Below, one piece after another: positions 27,801 to 39,744 of a stretch of DNA of 64,000 bases. How positions within the stretch are numbered: position 1 is the stretch's first letter; the number at the start of each line of letters is the position of its first letter. The stretch covers positions 33,108,001 through 33,172,000 of the forward strand of contig NC_045138.2 in assembly GCF_008831285.2 (NCBI RefSeq), in the 5' to 3' direction. Made by a program: the position numbers and the translations under genes. This DNA is from Nymphaea colorata (lineage: Eukaryota). The notes beneath the pieces are model-generated. The model searched no databases and had not been told where the DNA came from. It worked only from the letters and a program-made list of their open reading frames with translations.

Positions 27801-29694
27801 ACTAGCTTCAATGATCTTGACTGAGATAAGTTGCAATTATCCTATTATTTTACTTATTTATTTTCAATGATCTTGGGTCAGACTCGAGCCGTTATGTCCA
27901 AATTCACATGAGAACGCTGCACCCCAACGTGAAAAGCGATAAAATAAAAAATTAAAAAAAAAAGAATACGCGCAATGGTTGGGACAAACTACAAGAAGGA
28001 AGGAAGAAGAGGAGGTCAAAAATAAAATAAAACGAATAAATAAATGATTATAAAATTAGCAAAAAATAAAGAAGTGAAAAAAAAATTAAGATTATAAAAA
28101 GAAAAGGTATATTTGTACGTGTAGCAGAGGGAGATCACATGCGTTTGCGCCCCAAAACGGGTCGCGAGGGAATGAGATTAGGAGGAGGCGAACAGGAGAA
28201 AGGACGGCGGCAGAAGGCAACAAAAACCTGCCCAGCCTTTCTCGCACGACCCGCGGTCCTCCTCATTTTTTATCGAGAAAAAAAAAGGAGGCTTCTCTCT
28301 CTCTCTCTCTGCGTAGGAATCTGTTGAATTATCGCTGTCATTCGTCGTGTCTCTCTTTTTTCTAGCTCGGGTGAATCGGCACAGGAGGAGAACGAGAACG
28401 AGAACGAGGAGGAGGAGGCAGAGAGAGAGGTGAGAAGAGGGAAGGCTCCTGCTACAACTTTTGGTGGCAGGTAATAGCCGGGACGATGGTGATGATGGTG
28501 TTTTCTGTCCAGTGTCTGACTCTTACTCCAGCAAGATAGCGGCCGAGTTCGCGATTTTCTCGGCTTTTCGCTCTGTCCGCGACGCCACCCATCCCCTACA
28601 GCCCTCGCTAGCGACGAACAATTTCTGTTCTTTTTCTCTCTGCGTCCTTCTGCAGTCTTCCGGCCGCGGATCTCCTTTTCAATTGGGTATCCCTCTCGCG
28701 TGACCGTTTCACGTCAACGGCCAGTCGTCGGAAGTCTCCGGGGGCCGGGGCTTTTTGCTCTCCCTCTCTCTCTCTTTCGCTTGCAGAGCGGGGAGAAAAA
28801 GGCGTTTTTTTCTGCCTTTCTGGGAACCTATTTTCGTGCTGTGGACCAATGTGACGCGGCTTCCCTCGTTAACCCGAGAGCTCTGAGTAAGGGCTCCTGC
28901 TCCAAATGTTTCGTATTCCTTTTGGAATTCCGGCAGGTTCGCCGGCCGTTCCTTACTGTCCTGCATTTCATCTCATCTTAGCGAGCGGCATTTTCTCTGT
29001 CCTGCTCTTTCTCGAGAGTCCCCTGGCAAGAGTTTGCACCAGAGGAACATTTCCCAGCTGCGCATTCGTTTGTCGTGCCCTTCTGCGCCAGTTTTTACGT
29101 GCAAACTTAGTCCAAGAGTTGTCATGCTTGTAATTCCTGAAGTTTTGCTTATTTTTTCCGTGAAAATTTTGCAGGCATTGTGTCGTTCTCGACGTCGTGT
29201 GGCCTCTCTGGCCATCCCTCTGGAGCCCTTCCGTGAAAGAGAAATTTTAGCTCTTACAGAGTTTGCTTCTCGAGATTCTGCAACATCGGATATTTTCTTC
29301 AGAGAAATTGCCAAGAGCAGGCGCTCAAGTCACGTCGAGTCTTCGACAAGTTCTGATCAGAGGGCACACAGACGAAGGCTTGATTTTTTCACGTTTTCCA
29401 GACGAGATGGTAAAATCCTCCTGAAGAAGAAGAAAAAGAAGAGAGGAAACGAAGGACGTCTCTTCCTCGTCACACTCTCCTCGCCTTCCACCGTCTTATT
29501 GAATAAGAAGAGATCTCCTTCACGAAGCAGAACCTGAGGACGTGTCCTCTTCCACTCGCTCGCTCACGTCTTTCTCGTGCGGGACAGAACAGAGCAAAGC
29601 AGAAACTGAACTTCTTCAACACTACCGATTTAGTTAGCCCTTTCATTCCGCTCTTTCTCCGAGTTCTTTCCTACCTGCCAGAATCCAACCACCC

Positions 29695-31320
29695 ATGAAT
29701 CCCCTCCCGTTCATTGCGGCTCTCCTTCTGGCGTCTCTCGTTCTCGGCGACTCTGCCAAGGACAAGGGCTCATCGTCGGACCCGATGAACCCCGGCGAGT
29801 CGCCGGGAACCGTCCCGGCATTCCCGGTCCAGTCAGAGGCGCAGTTGTGCCGGCTGGACCTTTCGGACGAGCTGTTCGGCGGGGTGAAGGAGGCGTGCGG
29901 GCAGGTGCTGGACAGGAGTCGGTGCTGCCCTGTTCTGGCAGCTTGGCTCTTCGCTGCTCACGCCCGCTCGGCGCTCCAGCCGGCTGGACCGGTCTCGTCG
30001 GAGCTGCCCGCGATGCCCGACGACTCGCAGAAGTGTGTCAGTTCGCTGCAGGCGTCTCTGCAGAGCCGAGACATCTCGCTGGCCCAGCCCAACGCCACCT
30101 GCGACACGGTACTCTGCTTCTGCGGCATCCGGCTCCACCAGATCGGCTCGCTCAGCTGCCCGGCCGCGTTCAACGTCACCAACTCCTCGCGGTCCGCCGT
30201 CCCCACGCCGGCGGTCCGCGCTCTCGAGTCCAGCTGCCGGAACGCCTCCTACTCTGGCTGCACCCGCTGCCTGACCGCCCTCCAGAAGGTATGTGGCCCA
30301 CCGCACCGTTCATGAGTCCTGCTTCTTCCGTTCAATCCTGTCATCGTTGTTTCCATTTTTTTTATTTCATTTTTCTTCCTTCTTTATTTGGGGAAATCTG
30401 GTGGTCTGAGTCGAATCAACCCGTCCTTCGTTGTCCTTTTCTTTTGGCACCTTGGTTAGTCTTTTGATGCACAATACTTATCCAGAAATTCTGAGATATC
30501 TCAGATTCTCAGTTGTTTTCTGGACAATTTGAAGACAAATGCATTCCAAACTACCAATGGTACTGGAGAATTGGCACTGGTTTTTTGCGCAAAGGAGTGT
30601 GAGAAAAATGGCGTTTCTTTCTTCTGCTAGGAAAAGTTTCTTTTGTTTTTTCAAAAGGTTTACCAAACTAAATTTCCAGGTAAACCCAGACTCCTTGAAC
30701 CCATACGCTCTTCCTTTTTCATTTCAATGTAACTAAGAGAGCAATTCCCAGTTCCATGATTGGGGTCTGCAAGATTTCTCTGTCCCAAATGCTGCTCTGA
30801 ATCTGAACAAGTTTCGCTTTCTAGGACAAGTTTGTGCATGCAAAGCACAAGAAGTACCTGATCCAACTTGAACTTTAACTCCCACTGTGACACTGTCTTG
30901 TCTTATTTGGATCTGATGTTGGTTTCCCAAACTCAGCTCAGTTTAATTACCGCCGTGGTTGTTGGCCTGATGCAGCTTAAGGAGGGAGAGAACTACACCA
31001 AGGATGGCAATGACCGGGCGAGCAAGATGTTCAGCAGGGACTGCCAGCTGATGAGCCTGACTTGGCTTCTGGCCAAAAACAAGACGGCCTACATTCCGAC
31101 CGTGTCCGCCGTTCTCCGGGCAGTCATGTACAGCACGCATCCTCACCAGTCGAAGTGCAGCCCGGACCAAGAGAACATGCCTCTCGCCGTCGACTCGCTC
31201 CAATTCCTCAAGCCGGAATCGTCCGCCGCCATGAGTTCGCCCAAACCAGTGATGGCCCTCCTCTTGCATCTCTTCCCTCTTGTGTTTCTTGCCTTGGATC
31301 GGGTCGTGTGGATCTTTTAG
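29695..31320 (+). CDS. Secreted/GPI-anchored cysteine-rich protein, At4g28100-like (SPARK-type domain), 312 aa
   Basis: Exons 29695-30288 and 30976-31320 (GT-AG, phase 0). Has an N-terminal signal peptide, family motifs CRLDLSDELFGGV, RSRCCPVLAAWLFAAHARSAL, CFCGIRLHQI, DCQLMSLTWLLAKNKTAYIPTVSAVLRA and CSPDQENMPLAVDS, and a hydrophobic C-terminal tail. Confidence 0.93.
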
Positions 31321-33205
31321 ATTATACTGAATCTGGATCTCGTTTTGTGCATACATAGAGTTGGATACTACGGCTAGGCCGATGGTGGTCTTTTTTGTGT
31401 CTATGGTTCTTCATTGATTATATGTTATAATCCATATCTCTGGTTCTATGTGATTCCATAGTGGGCTGTTTAATGAATATAGCATCTCTCTGACTGGAAT
31501 TTGGATCAGTACTTCTTCTTTTTCTCCCTCGTTGAAAGGATGGACAGGGATTCTGGTATCTGTCGGTCTTTCGGGTAACTGGGCCAAGTCTGGTCAGGCC
31601 ATTGATGGTCCTTTCTGAAAGGGGTCTGCCGGAACCCAGCCCCGATCGACAAAGCAATGGGCCTAACTTTCTCCTCCTACCTCTCAATCATTTTGGTGGG
31701 TCCTGCACCGGCTGGCTCAGTGTTTGCAACTATTTTGAATCTCATATTTACATAATATTGCACTAAGTAATACGTTACCAAATAATCACATATCTAAATG
31801 TTTCTTTCGGTAAGGTAAGAGCGTCTTGAACTCTAGGATAAAAGTTGGCCGGATCAGATGGTTATAATATATTATCTAGGTTCAAATAATGTGAATATGG
31901 ATAGGGTAAGAGTCATGAACATTCTCATTTGCTCTTGGTCAATAAGCGAGAGGAATCATTCAATATAAAAAGGAAGGCATTGAATTTGGGATTCACGAGA
32001 TGGTAGGCGAGGAATCTAGCGTATGTGAGCGTGCACGTATGCCCGTTTGGTAAAAACTGTTCGTTCGTTTGTTTTCCCACTTAAGAGGTAAAAGCAATAA
32101 ATTTTACAGTTAGTGGATTCACATGCTTAATGGGAGTTTTCACCGCCGGCCCTCATGCTGAATGTTTGTTTGTCTGTCTGTGACTTCATTCATCAAGGGA
32201 ATATGTGGTAGGAGACAAATGCATTCCTCTGGTCTTACAGCATTGATTTTTGCGGTAAACTTTTCTTAAAGGTTTGGGGTGAAAAAACGAGTCCGTTTGT
32301 CGCTTAAGGAATCTGCATTTTGTCTCTTCTTACCCGTTGTGATCTTTTAAATAAACTTGTACCTGAACCCTCTTGGGCGCGGCGTTGCGGTATATATATA
32401 TATATATATATATATAGACAACCGAGAGCAAGACCAATGAGTTTTTTAAACTGTTTCATACCAATCCAAGGTTTAATATGATAACGTGACAGTCCAGGTA
32501 TCGATGCATTTAGATTATCTGGATCTAGTGGAGAACTGTTTTAATTCAATTCTAGCATCTATTAGCGACCCACAACAACATCCGGACCTACTGTCGTGAA
32601 AAGAGTAAATGAATAAATGGTTGAAATTACTTCATGACTCGTGAGAATTCACTCTCTGTCTAGAGTACCACCCGTCATACGCTTTCTTTTGCAGTATTTC
32701 AAAAGAATTTTAACTTTTTCTCATTTTAATTTTTCCATATATTTTCTTCGAACTTTTGAAAATTTTAAGTAATAATATTTGTCGCTTGAAATCGCTGAAT
32801 CGGAACGATTCCCGGTATCGGCAGCCCGGCCGATTTGATTCAATTTGTCATTTTCACGACACCGAACTTGGAAGCATACAGCAACATTTCTAGTTTCCTT
32901 TTTTCCGCTAGTATTTAAGGTTTTAAATTAATTTGCAAACCATTATAACATCCGATGCGGCGGTGCAAACCTTTCTTCCGATTTTGCTTGAGTGGGCTCG
33001 GGCTGTGCAAAAGCAGTGGATTAGATTTTTTACTTTTTACCTCCATGGGTAAATTCTTCCCAGGATATTCGCAGCCTGAAGATTATTTGGTAACTACCGT
33101 CTTTATTTGCATCGGCGTTCTCTTACTTCTGTATGACATGCATGTTCTGCAATCGGCTCCCACTTTTCTCTCTCTTTGCACCGCCACAGTCTTAACAGCG
33201 TCGGC

Positions 33206-33625
33206 TCAGTTGGCGCAGCAAATCAAGCACTTTGGAGTCTTCCGGCCATATCGCCAGCAGTAGCAGCATTTGCACCTGTAATTGCAATCTCCTGCAACCA
33301 AAATGACGACAGAAGAAATCATCAACGACAAAGCTGCAGGCAGTTGAAGAAACGCATGTTCGCAACAGTATCAACTATTCCCGACGATAAATTTACAGTA
33401 GCAAAACATGTTGAAGACGCTTCGAGCAAAAGATGAACAGTCGAGAGAACCTGTTGCAAAGGGACCATCCGATGAAATATTTTTTGGGACAACTTGATCC
33501 TGAGCCAGTGAGCCGAGCATAGAGGATGGGGCGAGGGCGACCGAAGATGGCAGCACCACCACCATTGAAACAGAGAGAAGGATGAAAAAGAAAGAGTGAG
33601 CCCTCATTTTCGTTGATCCTGCCAT
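33206..33625 (-). CDS. Small secreted cysteine-rich peptide precursor (80-86 aa; 8-Cys C-terminal domain)
   Basis: Exon 1 33625 (or ATG 33607)-33451, 159-nt GT-AG phase-1 intron, exon 2 33291-33206. Product: (MAGSTK)MRAHSFFFILLSVSMVVVLPSSVALAPSSMLGSLAQDQVVPKNISSDGPFATGDCNYRCKCCYCWRYGRKTPKCLICCAN*. TATAAATA lies at 33653-33646. Confidence 0.8.
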
Positions 33626-34559
33626 ATCCTAGAACCTTTAATCCATATTTATACTGGTTTTGAAACCAGTCGTGACATCCACGTTGCAGCTATCAATCGA
33701 GATGCCTATTCTTGTTTATATCGAATAACTTTTGAGTAAATTAGTCTGGATCTGATGACAGATGCTGATGCATGCGTTTGTAATTGTTGGAATCGCTCCT
33801 CTTTTTGGAAAAGTTATTCTCATTCATTTTCTAATTTGAGAAAGGCTTTGTGGCAGAAGGATTATACTGGTTTTATGCGTGAATCGATCGCCATGTTCTC
33901 TCTGCCTTACAGGCAAAGATTGGCGCTTCATGCTTACAGTAAACTTTACACGGTAAGGAATAAGATACTATCGCCATTCTTACTACAAGGGACGCAAGGT
34001 TCCAGACACTTGCTAATAGATTTTGTACACAATTTTCTTTTGTTTGGATAATGGTGGCTGCTGAGCATATTCTAGGCACATTCTCGTTCTGGACGCAGAT
34101 CAGTACCTAAAGCACTGCTCATTAATATTGGTTCTTTTGGTACAACTTAACCTGCTTCGTTAAGCCTTGAAGCCAGAACAAAATAGCTTAATCAAATGGT
34201 TGTTGGGTCTTCGATTTTTTATTTTCCACTACAGTGTGTACAGTCGTAAACCAATTTGCTCAAGTCAGTCTGAAAAATGACGTGATTGACGGTAGCTGAG
34301 ATGAAATTACTAGTGCTAAAGAGTCCTACAACTACATGGTTGAAATTCTAAGTAAAACAAAACTAACAAAGCGTTCATGATTGTCCTAAAGGTCTGCAAT
34401 TGGTACTTTTATAAAGAGAATGAACAATAATGACAAGGACTTTTCAACAATATTAGTACGCAACAAAAGACTAAAGGAAATATTCTCGAATCAAGTTAAC
34501 TATTGAAGACCAACCATATAGAGAAGCAAAGATATCAAAGAGAAAATGAAGAAGCTAGG

Positions 34560-36392
34560 AGAAAATACAGCCACGAGACCTTTTATTTGTTTCAGATTTG
34601 TGGAAATCAAGCACAAGATACATTAAGCTTTCAAGAGTAAGCAATCGACTAAAAACGGAGCTAGAAAAGCCAACTAGTGTTCCATGTGTTGGGAACATTC
34701 ATGATACACACAAAACATATACATGGATGTTAATGGATTGCCAATAAATTTGGAGATTAAGCACTAGTGGAATAAAGTTCCGAGAGTTAGCCGTCTAGAC
34801 GACTATAGCCATCTACCACCTTGGATTGTCATGCTTCATGGATATCTCCAAGCGTTGTCACCAAAAACCATTGCAGAGCAGATACTTGGAGTGACAATGT
34901 AGTAAGGCACAATACAACAGATAAAAAGTAATCAACAGGATTGATCGTAAAATGGTATGGGTTAAGTTTTCTATCAAAAGCCACTAAAATAGTGTCTTCT
35001 ACATAAAAGGTTCGTTTAAGGGTGATAAGTTCTCCTAAATGTTGGGTCCTCAACTAATTAAAATTTTTGCAAATGGTTTTGGGTTGAACTCTTCTCTTTC
35101 CTTGAAAGAAGCCCAAGACAAACCAATCCTAGGCGGTGGGTTTTGTAAAATCATAAGGTAGATGATAACGACAACAATGGGATTGAACTCTACTAGACTC
35201 TAAGTGTAATGCTGTCTGCCAAACTTTGATTAGTTTTGTGTCATGGTTACATGAGGAATCTACGAAATGATGATCTTTCAGAAACATAACCTCACAAGGG
35301 ACGAGTTATCCTCAAACTCTATCATAAAAATAGAGCTTTGTCACTAGCAAAATTTTCCAAATTCTCTTGTTGTAAGGTTTCCTTGTAGAGGTTGGATGCT
35401 TGATTACTAAGGGGAAATAGTGACTTATATAACTCACTCTCCTGCACACCTAAACACTACTTTTAGGGCAAGTTAGGTTTGAATGGTTTGAGATGCTTTT
35501 AATCATAATCTCAGGTTTAGGATCAAATGGGTCAAGCAGTTCCCCGAGATTTCTCCGCCCAAGCATATACATAAAAAAAAGGTCCAAAGTACATGACTCA
35601 AACTAATGTTTTCCTATTTAAAATACAATTCGAAGGTTATGAAAAACGACAAACCACAACCCTAGGTAGCACATGCAAAACTTGTTAAGAGATAATACTC
35701 TAAGCAATAACACACAAAAACAACATGTAGAAATCAAAGCAAAATCACCATGTCCTAAAATGCCCCTATCTCCCTAAGTAAATGGAAATTCTAGAACTTG
35801 TAAGGGTGGGCAGGTCCAGAAATTTTATCTATTTGATTAAGATACAGAGTTTTAAAAATTACAGAAAAATTAGAAATAGAAACTAAAAAGATGGGGAAAA
35901 ACATTCCAAAAAAGTATAATTGAACAACTTTTTTCTATAGAGAATTAAAAATCTAAAAACAGAACAAAAAAATTCTTGTTGCTGAGAAACAAAAACAAGA
36001 AACAATTTATAAATACATCAAAACCACTAAAGGTTCAAAAAAGAGGGGCAAAACATGAGCACCTAAAAACCAATCTCATTGCTTGGTGTGTGCAAATGTG
36101 TTTATCGCTCGTACTTATACAAGCACTGTACAAGTACCCATGTGACAATAGTCAATTGGATAGAAGACTACTGGTTACTACATGACACCTTTCTTTGACT
36201 GACATACTTGCTGTTTTCATAGAGTTAGCCGTATAGACGATTATAGCCATCTACCATCTTGGATTGTCATGCTTCATGGATTTCTCCAAGCGTTGCCACC
36301 AAAAACCATAGCTGAGCAGATACTTGGAGTGACAATGTAGCAAGGCACAATACAAAAGATAAAAAGTAATCAACATGATTGATCGTAAAATG
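34560..36392. mobile_element. Degenerate Ty1/Copia fragments, including a ~170 bp segment present twice
   Basis: Plus-strand relics CGNQA and VFH...TKHI near 34600-34730 resemble Copia RNase H CDNQA/NPVFH..TKHI. A minus-strand relic HEA..DNPRW*MAI resembles the Copia EALxxPxWxxAM motif and lies in a segment duplicated at ~34783-34952 and ~36221-36392. Confidence 0.55.
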
Positions 36393-36432
36393 GTTAGAAG
36401 AAGACCATTCGAGTTACAAGAGGGTTCTGCCC

Positions 36433-36883
36433 CCCCCCCCCCCCCCTCTCTCTTATATATACTAAGATTATGAGAGATCTTCAAGAGCTTATAAGGGTAG
36501 GTTATTAATGAGATGATTGTCCTGGTTCTTATCATTTTTTCGGGTTAAAGCCGAAACTGTTAGGGAGGCGGGTTGAGATCCATCGAACCAGGGGCCCGAA
36601 CTTGGACGTGAGTCGGGTTGTTACAAGAGCCGGTTCAACAATCGGATCTAGAGTACCACACATGTGGACGCGTGTACCTTAAGAGGGGTAGATTGTAATG
36701 TCCCAAATGTTTAGTGTTGTATTGAAGATTGTGAGAGATCTTTAAGGGCTTATAAAGGGAGTTATTGAATAGATGGTTGTTTTGGTTCCTAACCCTTTTA
36801 AGCTTGATGCCAAAATAGCTAGGCGACGGGTTGGGATCCGTCAAACCAGGGGCTCGAGCCCAAAAGTAGGTCGGGTTGTTACA
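36433..36883 (+). mobile_element. TRIM-like miniature LTR element
   Basis: Two diverged direct repeats both end GTCGGGTTGTTACA (at 36625 and 36883). The 3' copy runs TGTAA...TTACA (36694-36883, 190 bp). The 68-bp spacer begins AGAGCC (tail of the TGGTATCAGAGC PBS) and ends in purine-rich AAGAGGGGTAGAT. The 5' start is approximate. Confidence 0.65.
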
Positions 36884-38941
36884 ATAGAAAAAGATGGTCT
36901 GACTTCCAAAACATATATAGTCAGGACAAATGTTGTAAATATTAGTGTTTGCTGCTCATATCAATTTGCCCATTAATATATAATGGGCTCGTATTGCAAT
37001 TTTATTTCAAAATTATAAAAATCCAGATATTTTAATTAATTTAGAAATCCACATAACGTAATTGTGAATGTGGGTAGGGAAAAAGTCTAAAACATTCCCG
37101 GTGGCCCTTGGTCGGCTTGGACATTGTCCGATAACCAAGAGGAATCATTCAATATATGCTTCTTCTCTAGCGTGTGGTGTCACAATGTCCTGTGTATTAA
37201 CAAATGTTAAAGATCTATTTCTTTCTGTTGGACTGCGATCTTCTAAAGAAGTCGGCAACCACAGGGTCTGGACCATCAGGCTAATGTAGGCGTCTTCTGA
37301 AACTTGGAGAGGCCCTTCTTGGGAGAACATGACAATTTAGTTTATGATGCACCAAAAAAATTCCTCGCCATTATATGCAGTATGGAAAATGGCATACAAT
37401 TGCCATTTTGCTTTTTCTTTCTTTCGTTCCATATCTCAAGTTAATATTTTCTCTAACCTTTTCCAGTATTGTGAAGCTAGAAAAATTGAATAAATCTAAA
37501 CAGATTGAATTGGTTGCCTAATCTTGAAGGGGGTTAGTGCAACTGCTGAGAGGGAGCTTGTTAAGCGGTCAACTTCTGTGGTGTCAACAGTAAGTTGAAA
37601 CATAGCAAGAATCAAGAATGTCATTGCTAAATTCCACAAAGCAGCCCTGGGTTGTGAAAGAGGAAAAGACTTTGGCCTTCACTTGATACAGAAAAAGTGA
37701 AAAGCATATTGGTGTATGAAAACATAGAATAATAATTTCGATATAAGTACCCGAAGTTATCAAGGGTGTACCATTCAAACTGAGAAACTAAAGAATTTCA
37801 CCTGCAAAAAGAGAAATTCTCTATAGCATGCATGGAGTTAATTACACACTCATAGGTCTGTCATAAGGTGCATAAAAGCTGTCTACAGGGTTATCCTTTG
37901 TCGAGCATTGAATTATGCTTTTCATTTGTGTTATTACGCTTTTCGGAATCTATGATTGAGAACTAAACAAAATGGTTAGGGCTTCTTTCCATTGTTTGCA
38001 ACTATTTAAGCCACCTTTCGATCAATTTAATTTGGGCTGCATGCTGCAGATGCTAGGTGGTCAACTGGAGCGATGACCGATGACCTTGTTCTGTTAAGAA
38101 CAGAGGCAGAACATTTACATCCGCAGAAGCAAGGCATAATTAGCTGTCTTATATTCTGAAGATACGCGTATTACCTTTCCCAGTAATGGTTCTGCTGCTG
38201 AGAGTCTTAATAGATTCTAAAAGGAACTTTCCCTCCACTTGATCATCATCTTTGAACTAATCATCAAAGAGATGCAGAATGGTGAGGTTCACCATGAAGA
38301 TATAACACTCATATCTTGGCGTATTCGTTTACAAGCCCTGATCCTCCCTTAATTGCATTTCTCTTCCAAAAATAATGCTGTGCATTTTGGGCACTGCATA
38401 TCCATCAGAGAACAGTAGTGTGCATCATATTCTCCAATCCAGGCAAGCAGTTTCTGGATGCTGTTTGCAATTAATCGACAGAAGCTGGTGGAAAGGAGCC
38501 CGATGTAAAATTTGTTATGTTGGCTGAACTTTGAAAATGCCAAACGCAAAATCTTGATTTACACAGGCAATGAGGAACAGAGCATACTCATCCAAGTAGC
38601 ATCGTCGTAAGGCAAGAAAAGACTCTAAGGATCTTGCTTGTACAGTATTCAATCGTTGCACCAATTCTATGAGCATCACCCGTTGATTTTTCCTGCAGGG
38701 GAATAGAGGGTATCAGATTTTTTGAGAACAAATTGGTCATCAAATGCATAATTTTGTACGACAGCCATTAATAGAAAAATAAAGCTGGTGCTGTGTTCTA
38801 TACCGACGTTGAAAGCCTGCATTGGTTTGATGCAGCAAGGTTCGATTTGGCTTTCTCGCTCTTCTGTGAGCACCATGATGCTTCCTCAGGCTTCTCTGCA
38901 TCTGTTCTGCTTCTGATGAGACGGCCCTTCTTGATGCGACA

Positions 38942-39039
38942 AGCCAAATGCATTATCGAGTGCAGCGCTGGTGAAAGTATATGGCCCTCCTTGGTAGGGC
39001 CGGATTTCATCAACGCTGCACTCAATGATGCATTTGGTT
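38942..39039 (-). ncRNA. MIR397: MIR397 microRNA precursor hairpin; mature miR397 at 39028-39008
   Basis: The minus strand of 39008-39028 reads TCATTGAGTGCAGCGTTGATG, the conserved miR397 sequence. The complementary arm is at ~38944-38976, with a closing stem CCAAATGCAT/ATGCATTTGG. Confidence 0.96.
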
Positions 39040-39088
39040 CCACTTTTTTCCTTCATCCCCCAAATCCCTTCCTGCTTTGGGGAATGCC

Positions 39089-39231
39089 TTCATGGCGTTC
39101 TTATGGATGTCCACTTCATTAGAAGTACAGAATTCTTGTGGCAGTACATAGTGGCTTTCATGGCGTTTTTATGGACATGTCCACTTCATTAAAAGTACAT
39201 AATTCTTGTGGCAGTACATAGTGCACAGTAC
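39089..39231. repeat. Tandem duplication of a ~66 bp GTAC-containing unit
   Basis: Near-identical copies at 39089-39153 and 39157-39223. GTAC occurs at 39125, 39144, 39195, 39214 and 39228. Confidence 0.85.
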
Positions 39232-39744
39232 TAATTGTTGAGATTCTTGGTGGGTATTCAACAGCATCTCTTTCGCACAATACTCTGCTACTCTGCTTGC
39301 GATTCTTGGTGAGGATCCTCTCTCATAATAAAATAATCGGTCAAGCATCCAACCTCATTTAGGAGATCAATTTTTTTGTATAATGCCCAAATTTTTTTTT
39401 CTTAAAATCTTCAGCTTTACAACGACAGTCACATAAGGTCTTTTACTGTTGTTCTAATTCAGATTAAAGCTCCAGTTAAATTAGATCACGCCATTGAACT
39501 ATAAACGAAATTGAAGGCAATTCGATTCTGTTAATTCCCACTGACGAGCATGAAATTGACAGATATTCGGAACGTTATTTGTTCATCTGCAGAAGATGTA
39601 AAAATATGGATCCTATATACACGTTTCTCTGTCTCGAGGAAGGACACCATAAATTCGTGTGTTAATGTGGTTGTTCCATATGCATTTAAGTTGGTCAAGT
39701 TGCTGTCCTTTCTCCATTCCTAACCCTAATACGCAACACCTCCT

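Noticed and set aside
29034..29537. 167-aa ORF upstream of the GPI-protein gene
   Set aside because: Non-ATG start, low-complexity basic sequence, and it lies in a probable promoter/UTR intron.
29833..30467. Long overlapping ORFs (157 aa -, 206 aa +)
   Set aside because: Shadow frames of the GC-rich first exon of the GPI-protein gene.
32589..32863. Inverted TGTCGTGAAAA/TTTTCACGACA pair suggesting a MITE
   Set aside because: No TSD and only ~11 bp of match; plausible but not supportable.
13416..39039. MYB41-like gene plus MIR397 as a lignin/suberin functional cluster
   Set aside because: They are 24 kb apart with unrelated genes in between, and nothing in the sequence indicates co-regulation.
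38793..39122. ORFs over the miR397 hairpin as possible miPEPs
   Set aside because: They have non-ATG starts, overlap the hairpin and show no coding signature.
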